Shown here: positions 51,516 through 58,191 of the stretch, piece by piece
How positions within the stretch are numbered: the first letter of the stretch is position 1
How the letters are laid out: the number at the start of each line of letters is the position of its first letter
Assembly (NCBI GenBank): GCA_022703585.1
Contig: JAKLDJ010000001.1
Coordinates: 374,891 to 438,890 of the forward strand
DNA from: Candidatus Omnitrophota bacterium
Lineage (GTDB): Bacteria; Omnitrophota; Gorgyraeia; Zapsychrales; JAKLDJ01
Length of the DNA: 64,000 nucleotides
Direction: 5' to 3'
Translations under genes and position numbers: made by a program
Notes under the pieces: generated by a model
The model's database searches: none
What the model was told of the DNA's origin: nothing
Seen by the model: only the letters and a program-made list of their open reading frames with translations

Positions 51516-51860
51516 TTATTCCTGGTTAACAACACCGCCCTTGGTAACCGCGTTAGCGCGCGTCCGGGCCACGTCCCGGTAGAGGTATTCCAGGGAAGTG
51601 ACACCTTTTGTTTCCCGGACCTCTTTGGTCGAGCGCCCCCGCCTGTCACTAAATGTCCCCAACAGATAGCTTTTTTCCTCGTCCACTTCCTGATCGGCGT
51701 TGCTTTGCTGGCCCAGCTGGTCGGCGGTTACCTTGACGATAGATTGTATCCCGCGTTTGACCAAAGGCTGCATGGCCGCCAGCGCCACGGCAACGATGCC
51801 GATCAAGATGATGTATTCCGATATCGTTTGGGCCTCTTTTTGTTCTTTTAAAATAAACAC
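51516..51860 (-). CDS. Flp-like pilin paralog (114 aa; A instead of G at the cleavage position).
   Basis: MFILKEQKEAQTISEYIILIGIVAVALAAMQPLVKRGIQSIVKVTADQLG has the same architecture with AQTISEY. Confidence 0.5.
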   Translation of the reverse strand: MFILKEQKEAQTISEYIILIGIVAVALAAMQPLVKRGIQSIVKVTADQLGQQSNADQEVDEEKSYLLGTFSDRRGRSTKEVRETKGVTSLEYLYRDVARTRANAVTKGGVVNQE

Positions 51861-51880
51861 ATGTACCCCGTCAAAATTCC

Positions 51881-52270
51881 TTAACGCGCATCCTTGGGCG
51901 GCAACTGGATACTGTTGGTAACAACCGCTGTCCTGTCTTTATAGACCTGCTCATAAGTAAATCCTTCCCACGGATGCTTATACACATTAAGCTGCCGGGT
52001 AGAATCCCGGGTTACGTCAGAGGCAGATTGGGTATAATAAGGCTCATATTCTTTAGGGATTCTTGCGGGCGTTTGGGCCGTAGCATTCCGCGTCTGAACG
52101 TAGGCATCGTTGGCTTTGGTGATCATATAGTCTTTTGTGTCTTTGATGCGGGCCTGGATGGACCTCTTAACAATTGCTGTTACGGCCATAATGACGGTCA
52201 CCGCTAACGCAACGGTGACGGTGTATTCGTTAATGATCTGGGCTTTGCGGTTTTTTATCGGTCTGGGCAT
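51881..52270 (-). CDS. Flp-like pilin paralog (129 aa).
   Basis: MPRPIKNRKAQIINEYTVTVALAVTVIMAVTAIVKRSIQARIKDTKD shows the AQIINEY motif plus a hydrophobic helix. Confidence 0.5.
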   Translation of the reverse strand: MPRPIKNRKAQIINEYTVTVALAVTVIMAVTAIVKRSIQARIKDTKDYMITKANDAYVQTRNATAQTPARIPKEYEPYYTQSASDVTRDSTRQLNVYKHPWEGFTYEQVYKDRTAVVTNSIQLPPKDAR

Positions 52271-52389
52271 ATTCTCTACTGAATATTATATTATTTTTAA
52301 AGAAATCCGGAGTAAAAAAATAAAAGCTTTTAGAAATGCCGGCCGGTCTCATTCGTTGTTGCCCGCAAATAGTATTTGGCGTTTGCTGC

Positions 52390-52424
52390 TTTGGGTGGGC
52401 GGCCCTAAGGGCCGCCCACCCAAA
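52390..52424. promoter_or_regulatory. Perfect 16-bp-stem, 3-nt-loop palindrome between two pilin genes; an attenuator or RNA-stability stem-loop (no U-tract follows).
   Basis: tttgggtgggcggccc taa gggccgcccacccaaa lies 87 nt downstream of the stop of the 52511..52837 pilin gene and upstream of the next pilin gene. Confidence 0.5.
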
Positions 52425-52510
52425 CCGATTTATCCTTATCTCCTTTTTAAAAAAAACTGGCTTACCCAAAAAGCGAGGCTTCCCGGGTAAGCCAGTCTTT
52501 GGGGATCTTT

Positions 52511-52837
52511 TTACCTACCCCAGTATTCGCCTCCAGCTGCGTTCATAATAAACTGATTCCTGAAGATGTTGGTAGTTTCGTTCCCGACAATCGTTGAGCT
52601 TTGCACACCTCTGTTAAAGGTCTCTCTCGTCGAGGAAGACGTTCTGGTAACCTTATTCATGAACGTTTCCATGGTAGAGTACTGCTCGCCGATGTTATCG
52701 GCTGAATCCTTGAAACGGCCCTGAATACCTCTTTTGATGTAGATTTGTATGGATATCAAAGCACCGATAATGATAATAATCAAAATCGCGTATTCTACCG
52801 TGCTTTGTCCTCTGCTTTTCTTTAAGAATTTAAACAT
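52511..52837 (-). CDS. flp: Flp-family pilin paralog (108 aa); candidate major pilin because a strong stem-loop follows it.
   Basis: MFKFLKKSRGQSTVEYAILIIIIIGALISIQIYIKRGIQGRFKDSADNIG has the G/QSTVEY motif. An SD-like GGGAGGTGAA sits just upstream. Confidence 0.65.
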   Translation of the reverse strand: MFKFLKKSRGQSTVEYAILIIIIIGALISIQIYIKRGIQGRFKDSADNIGEQYSTMETFMNKVTRTSSSTRETFNRGVQSSTIVGNETTNIFRNQFIMNAAGGEYWGR

Positions 52838-52903
52838 CTTTTGTTCACCTCCCTTTTAGTAACGGGTATTCCCCGTTGTTCACCTAAGCCTATAGAGAAC
52901 ACC

Positions 52904-53257
52904 CTATTCCAGGACCCCGTTATAGGCGAAGTTCTGGTAACCAGAACGTTTAATGTTCATGTCGCTAACGTACTGAAGACCCGTCGCCGCCCTAGCGTTT
53001 TGGAATTCTGTATCCACCGCCTCGCGTCCAACGTTAAAATCGGTCGTCAGGTACCCGGGTTCAAACTGGCTGGTATTACCTATGCCTTCACCGCTACCTT
53101 GGTTAACCAGGTATTTTGAGGCATCGTAAATCCTGGCCTGCAACGTCCTTTTGGCATACTGCTGCATGGCAATAACCGCAGCCACGACCAGAGCGATAAG
53201 AATCGCGTATTCGGCCGTGCTTTGTCCTCTTTTTCTATTTCTTAGCTTTCTAAGCAT
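52904..53257 (-). CDS. flp: Flp-family pilin paralog (117 aa).
   Basis: MLRKLRNRKRGQSTAEYAILIALVVAAVIAMQQYAKRTLQARIYD has the G/QSTAEY motif. AGGAGGTGAAAA lies upstream (revcomp of 53262-53273). Confidence 0.65.
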   Translation of the reverse strand: MLRKLRNRKRGQSTAEYAILIALVVAAVIAMQQYAKRTLQARIYDASKYLVNQGSGEGIGNTSQFEPGYLTTDFNVGREAVDTEFQNARAATGLQYVSDMNIKRSGYQNFAYNGVLE

Positions 53258-53299
53258 CGATTTTCACCTCCTAATAAATGACACGTTAAATACTTCCTT

Positions 53300-53494
53300 T
53301 TAATGGGAACCTTTGAGACGATTAGCCATATTCTCCATCCCCTGGCTGGCATCCTGATACGTCGAGTTGAGCGCGGTTCTAAACACCCCGCTGGGCTTTA
53401 GAAACACGATCAGAATCGCGATAACACCGGCCACTAGGATGAGATACTCCATCGTGCTTTGACCTCTTTTTCTACTTCTTAGCTTTCTAAGCAT
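53300..53494 (-). CDS. flp: Flp-family pilin (64 aa, canonical size).
   Basis: MLRKLRSRKRGQSTMEYLILVAGVIAILIVFLKPSGVFRTALNSTYQDASQGMENMANRLKGSH has the G/QSTMEY motif. AGGAGGTGAAAATCA SD lies upstream. Confidence 0.7.
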   Translation of the reverse strand: MLRKLRSRKRGQSTMEYLILVAGVIAILIVFLKPSGVFRTALNSTYQDASQGMENMANRLKGSH

Positions 53495-53552
53495 TGATTT
53501 TCACCTCCTAAACAAGAGTTTATGCTACCCCTCACTTGAGCAGGAATACTGC

Positions 53553-53711
53553 TTAATTCCTGTCAAACTCCTCCTCAATCGTTTTCTGGGTCGCTTGAAC
53601 CGAACGATACACGTAGGTGCTCATCGCGATTAACGCGGCTGAAACCAGGGCAATAATAACGGCATATTCGATTAGGTTTTGTCCTCGTTTATTTTTTATC
53701 GAATGCCGCAT
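53553..53711 (-). CDS. flp: Flp-family pilin (52 aa), absent from the supplied ORF track because it is under 60 aa.
   Basis: Hand translation gives ATG at 53711..53709 and stop TAA at 53555..53553, producing MRHSIKNKRGQNLIEYAVIIALVSAALIAMSTYVYRSVQATQKTIEEEFDRN. The G/QNLIEY motif is present. It is the first gene of the tandem pilin array. Confidence 0.6.
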   Translation of the reverse strand: MRHSIKNKRGQNLIEYAVIIALVSAALIAMSTYVYRSVQATQKTIEEEFDRN

Positions 53712-54065
53712 GCCGCCCTTTTTTCGCACCTCGCCTGACAGAAAACGAGTTTCGCCCCTTCCTTCGAAGCCCGGTAATCTTTGGCCTTCACAAATTCGGG
53801 AGCTTTATTTGTCCCGCCTGAAACCGCGGAACCCATGCGTCTTTCTTTGTTTATACGGCCGATAACGGCGGTAAAGAAAAACGCGCGGATTAAACACCCG
53901 ACCTAATCCCTTGTTTGTCGTTTATGGATTTTAGCTCAAAAAATAAAAACGGCCGACGAAACAACGGTTAAGGACATGGTGTTGAAATCTTTGCAAAAAT
54001 TGTCAAGACTTCGATTTCTCGACGATGAATCTCGACGCCGCGCCCGACCGGCGCCCAACAGTACT

Positions 54066-54103
54066 GAAAAATAAAAAATCCTTAGGGAGACAAAGCCCTA
54101 AGG
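54066..54103 (-). terminator. Intrinsic-terminator-like hairpin plus U-tract downstream of the 978-aa gene (minus strand).
   Basis: ccttaggg (54080-54087) pairs with ccctaagg (54096-54103). On the minus strand the stem is followed by AUUUUUUAUUUUUC (revcomp of gaaaaataaaaaat, 54066-54079). Confidence 0.4.
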
Positions 54104-54437
54104 AGCTAGAGAATCCTTTTTAAAGGAAACCTCGTTTCAACAAGGATGTGCGCTTTTAAGATATTGATTTTTAATAACCTCATTATTTCCCCGTGGCTTA
54201 AGAAATAATGGCCTATTTCTCAGCAAAAAAGTTAAGTGTTTGCGATAAACGCGCGGAAGCCTAAGAAAAGCTCTTAGCCGCATTACAAATATAACATATA
54301 TAAAACAAGGGGTCAAGAATATCTGAGGAAGATTTTGAGGTAGGGGTTTCCAGACGCATTTTACAAACAGGGATTTCCTGGCGCCCGGCAAGGGCTAACA
54401 CAATACCCGGCAAGAGCTTCTGTCATTCTCTTGTCTC

Positions 54438-57374
54438 TTACCCGCCGATACTGACAATCAGCCGGGTATTCGAATAATCGCGGATATTGCTTTCATTGAG
54501 CCGCCTGAGCGCATATTCCAGGTCCTTGCGGTAAGCGTAGCCCTCGGGAATGACCAGTTGAACCATACAATAGCCCTGTTTCTTAAAAATACGCCCCGGA
54601 AGATCATAAAACCTTTGTTTTACCGTCGGAAAATTCAATTGTTCATAGTGGGGCGGGAAAAAGTGCCTCTGGCAGTAATTGTTAATTGCCGAAAGAAGGA
54701 AATCGATTGCACGCCAAATATCACCGGAGCCATCCAGCAGATTATAGCAGCCATCCCCTTCCAGCAAGGGGACCTTGTCCGGGGATGGAATCATGCTCAC
54801 CGCCCCGTAGGAGGCCTTTTCTGCTTTGGCGCTAAAATCATTATAGCCTTCCTGAAAATTCGGCCAGTGCGTCAGGTACCGGGTAATGATCTCTTCGGTG
54901 TCCATGTCCTGGGCCGGAATATTGGTCACCACCGCCATCACCGGCCAGTCCAAGCCCGTTTCGCGTAAAAGGGCCACCCGTACGCTAACGGACTGGCCCG
55001 CGACCGGCTGGCCCAGGGAAGTCTTCAGTTCGCTGTAATAGATTTCTTTGTTCAGCCCATCATGGAAGAAGTGTTTAATAAGGCGTATGTCCTCGTCGAT
55101 GAACTTCTTGCATTCCTCCTGCCACGGCCATGCCCCGACGGCAAAATACCGCTTTTTCTTGGGGATCGTGCTGAAATGGGCGATTTCGTTCTTTTGGGTG
55201 TCAAAGATAGCCATCCTAGCGATGCTCTTTCCCGGCATGTCTTCAAAGGCCCACATCATTTCGTAAAACTGTTTTGCGAAACTCTTGTATCCGGGGATAT
55301 GGCTTAAGAAAACCGGCTGGGTATTGCCGATAAAGTTTTCGGAAAGATACACCAGGGATTTATTTAAAGGCACGGTAAAAATGGAATGAACGGCGTTTTC
55401 CGGCCAGAGTGTTTTGAGTTGTCCGTCGACAAAAATAGACACGCTATCGGCCAAGCTCATCTTAAGATAGCTGGTTTCGGAGAAAATCTGAGTGTATTCT
55501 TGGGTTGTGGTCAAGGCCAGGCTTTTGGAGACTTGCAGACCGTCCTTTAATTTTGCCAGCATCTCATAGGTTAATTTCTTTTGCAGATTATTCACCATCC
55601 AGAGGCCCGGCTGGTCATAATTCTTCATATCTTCGAGATTGTTGATACCGAAAGCTTTTAGATGCTGCAATACCTCGCCGGCTACGCTGATATCAAAAGG
55701 GAGGTATCCGCTGGTATATTTTCCTAAAATACCGCCCAGGATAGGCGAGTTGGAGAGCTCCCATTCGGCCGCCTTCAGGAAAAAGGATCCCATGTGATCA
55801 TATAGAATATTTTCCTCGTCGGAGAGGGCCGCCGAGGGCACCTTTTTCTTAAGAAAAATGGTGGAATCCGGTGTCCAGATTTTATCTTCGACATAGGCCC
55901 GGTTGGGGTCAAAAGACTGGGACGGCTCGGGGGCTTTCTCTTTCTTGGCCATCTCCGGCGATTTTATCTCCGGCGCCTGCGGTGGCGGCATAGAGGTGGG
56001 AATCTCGACGGACGGGGCTGTCTCTTTGGCTGCCGTATCACGGGAGAGTTCAAAATCCGGTTTTTGTTTTTCCTTTTTTTCAGCCGGAATTTCGGGGATA
56101 ACCTCGGGAGGAATCTCCCCGGCGACCGGTTTTTCTTTTGTCATATCCAGCAATTCGGCATCCAGGATTGACGGCTGTTCCGATAACGGCTCCGGGGTAA
56201 CGGCTGCCGGCGGTGGCTCCGGCGGCGGAATAATCTCTTCCCCAGACTTTTCTACCGCGGGAGGTTCGGGAGCAATCTCCTTTTTCGGTTCTTCTACTGC
56301 GGGAGGTTGTGTCATCGATGCCGTGTCGGCAGGCAAAGGTGCTTGCTCTTTCTCTTTTTGCCCTTCCTCAGGTCCTTCTTCTTTAACCGGCTCCGGCACT
56401 AAAGTGGGCGCGGGTTCTTCGGGAGCCGATTCTACCTGAGCCAGCGGATCGGGCATTAAACGCAGCGACGGCTCAGCTTCCCGGCTTGATTCTTCCTCTA
56501 TTTTTTCCTTGTCCTCGTCGGAAGAAAGTGTTACTGCGGGCGATTTTTCGGGCAGCGTGGGCAGCTCTTGTTTCTCATCGACCAAAGGAACAGGCGGTGT
56601 TGTTTGTTGTTCCGGAATTTCTTCTTGCGATGGCACCGGTAAAGACGCCGGCTCTTCGGTTTTCCCGGAAGGCGTTTCTGCCGGTTTCTTCTCGATTTCT
56701 GCCGACGCTTCTTCGCGGGATTCAATTGCGCTTTCTTCCGGTACAACCGAAGGCTCTTTTTCCTTAAGGAGAGCTGTTTCTTCTATTATAGGGGGCAAAG
56801 GCAATTCCTGCTTATCCCCCGGCGAAACTTCCGGCAGGACACTATCGGCAATCTTAGCATCACCCGCCACAGATTGTTTTTCTCCTGATAAAGAAACAGG
56901 CTCCTCTACTTTCTCCTGTTGAGGCTCAACTTTTTCGTTTACCCCTGATTCTTCTTTGGACAATTGTTCCGGTTCTTTAGGCGGAGCAGACAGCACGATG
57001 ATTTCTTCCTTTTTGGGCGGTTGCTGCCCAGGCGTAATGACCAGAGGCAAATCTTTCTTTGTTTCCGGAAGCTTTAAGGCTTCCTCTTTATAGGCAGGCA
57101 GAAGATTTTCCTGAAGGCTGGTTAGTATCTGGGCTTTTCGCTCTTCGGGAATCTTGAATTTTTGGGATTTCTTTGAGGATTCTGATTTTCTGCCGACGGG
57201 ACTGCTTAAATTGGCCTGCTTGATAACGGTATTAACGGCGGATTTTGAAACATCGACCTGGAATTTATCCTTGACGATCTCGGCTATCTTGCGGCAGCTA
57301 AGCCCCTCATCCAGGCGCTTTTGGCTGATGATAAAATCAATAACTTCTTGCTTAAGCTTATAAACAACACCCAT
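54438..57374 (-). CDS. Hypothetical 978-aa protein: N-terminal HTH-like domain, roughly 430-aa Pro/Glu/Lys-rich low-complexity linker, and an uncharacterised roughly 480-aa C-terminal globular domain.
   Basis: N-terminus MGVVYKLKQEVIDFIISQKRLDEGLSCRKIAEIVKDKFQVDVSKSAVNTVIKQ is helix-turn-helix-like. The middle is PEKS-rich (...EPPPAAVTPEPLSEQP...). The C-terminal region has no motif I can name. Embedded in the Tad cluster. Confidence 0.7.
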   Translation of the reverse strand: MGVVYKLKQEVIDFIISQKRLDEGLSCRKIAEIVKDKFQVDVSKSAVNTVIKQANLSSPVGRKSESSKKSQKFKIPEERKAQILTSLQENLLPAYKEEALKLPETKKDLPLVITPGQQPPKKEEIIVLSAPPKEPEQLSKEESGVNEKVEPQQEKVEEPVSLSGEKQSVAGDAKIADSVLPEVSPGDKQELPLPPIIEETALLKEKEPSVVPEESAIESREEASAEIEKKPAETPSGKTEEPASLPVPSQEEIPEQQTTPPVPLVDEKQELPTLPEKSPAVTLSSDEDKEKIEEESSREAEPSLRLMPDPLAQVESAPEEPAPTLVPEPVKEEGPEEGQKEKEQAPLPADTASMTQPPAVEEPKKEIAPEPPAVEKSGEEIIPPPEPPPAAVTPEPLSEQPSILDAELLDMTKEKPVAGEIPPEVIPEIPAEKKEKQKPDFELSRDTAAKETAPSVEIPTSMPPPQAPEIKSPEMAKKEKAPEPSQSFDPNRAYVEDKIWTPDSTIFLKKKVPSAALSDEENILYDHMGSFFLKAAEWELSNSPILGGILGKYTSGYLPFDISVAGEVLQHLKAFGINNLEDMKNYDQPGLWMVNNLQKKLTYEMLAKLKDGLQVSKSLALTTTQEYTQIFSETSYLKMSLADSVSIFVDGQLKTLWPENAVHSIFTVPLNKSLVYLSENFIGNTQPVFLSHIPGYKSFAKQFYEMMWAFEDMPGKSIARMAIFDTQKNEIAHFSTIPKKKRYFAVGAWPWQEECKKFIDEDIRLIKHFFHDGLNKEIYYSELKTSLGQPVAGQSVSVRVALLRETGLDWPVMAVVTNIPAQDMDTEEIITRYLTHWPNFQEGYNDFSAKAEKASYGAVSMIPSPDKVPLLEGDGCYNLLDGSGDIWRAIDFLLSAINNYCQRHFFPPHYEQLNFPTVKQRFYDLPGRIFKKQGYCMVQLVIPEGYAYRKDLEYALRRLNESNIRDYSNTRLIVSIGG

Positions 57375-57515
57375 AATTCAGATTGGACATTTCTTGTAAA
57401 TTCTTGAAACTATTTTATTAAGGAATCTACCGGAACTTTTATTCCATAATATAACACTCTTCCCCCCAACGTCAAGCGTTTTGTACCGGGATATTCTTAT
57501 TTCCTCAAATTTCTC

Positions 57516-57544
57516 TTGCAAAAATCCACTGCGCATAGTTAAAT
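57516..57544 (+). promoter_or_regulatory. Sigma-70-like promoter candidate for the zinc-ribbon gene.
   Basis: TTGCAA (57516-57521), 17-nt spacer, TTAAAT (57539-57544), about 36 nt before the ATG at 57581. Confidence 0.3.
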
Positions 57545-57580
57545 ACAATAGAAAGGTTTGCGGGCAAAACAATACCCCTT

Positions 57581-57805
57581 ATGAAGAAATGTCCTTACTG
57601 TTTTGAAGAAGTCCGGGAGCCTGTCGCCAAATGCCCCCACTGCGCCCAGTTTGTTATCGATGACTTCATCGAATCCGACTATCGCAGCATTGACAAAAAA
57701 AGATGCATTTTCTGCGGCAAGAATATTCTCGCCGAAGCCAAGGTATGCAAACACTGCCGCAAATGGATCAATACAGTTGATGACGCGATTAAAGATATGG
57801 AGTAG
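57581..57805 (+). CDS. Small double zinc-ribbon protein (74 aa).
   Basis: MKKCPYCFEEVREPVAKCPHCAQF...RCIFCGKNILAEAKVCKHCRKW contains two CxxC-x(n)-CxxC pairs. It is the only plus-strand gene in the cluster and is divergent from the 978-aa gene. Confidence 0.5.
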   Translation: MKKCPYCFEEVREPVAKCPHCAQFVIDDFIESDYRSIDKKRCIFCGKNILAEAKVCKHCRKWINTVDDAIKDME

Positions 57806-57837
57806 GCGCGCAGGGTCCTGCTTAAAGGAGACAAGGC

Positions 57838-58182
57838 TTATTCCCCGAGCTTGATTAAATCTCCGATGGCAGTGCAGGAACGTTTGATAGTCCCGGCGGG
57901 AACTTCAATCACAAAATTTGCTTTTAAAAAAACAGGGCTGAGCCTAAACGGCCTTAAGTTCTCGGTTAATCCCACCACATAATTTCTCTCGTCGACAAAT
58001 AGCGCATCGATTGCAAATCGCATAAAAAACATGTGAATGGAACAGCATCTCGGGATCACCAGGCCCTCGCCTTCTTTAAGACAGGCGCGGCCCAAAAGAC
58101 CCTTGGCCCTCGCCCAAAAACCTTCTGCCAACTCGCCTTCTCGGGCAATAAAAGTATTTTTGCTTACGTTACGAATCTGCAT
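57838..58182 (-). CDS. DUF192-family protein (114 aa).
   Basis: ...ARAKGLLGRACLKEGEGLVIPRCCSIHMFFMRFAIDALFVDERNYVVGLTENLRPFRLSPVFLKANFVIEVPAGT matches the DUF192/COG1430 pattern (GLM-R, sIHM, LD-lF-D). Confidence 0.6.
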   Translation of the reverse strand: MQIRNVSKNTFIAREGELAEGFWARAKGLLGRACLKEGEGLVIPRCCSIHMFFMRFAIDALFVDERNYVVGLTENLRPFRLSPVFLKANFVIEVPAGTIKRSCTAIGDLIKLGE

Positions 58183-58191
58183 AAATAATTT

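Noticed and set aside
54137-54391. Minus-strand 84-aa ORF in the leader upstream of the pilin array.
   Set aside because: The translation is not protein-like (Leu/Arg/Phe-rich). It overlaps the predicted terminator and promoter region. Treated as non-coding leader.
54438-54700. Possible mobile element, because the 978-aa protein begins with a transposase-like HTH.
   Set aside because: No DDE or RNase-H-like motifs, terminal inverted repeats or target-site duplications could be recognised by eye. Left as a hypothetical protein.
55903-56922. Plus-strand Gly/Ser-rich ORFs (55903..56439, 56509..56922).
   Set aside because: They are antisense to the Pro/Glu-rich linker of the 978-aa gene. Mirror-image low complexity.
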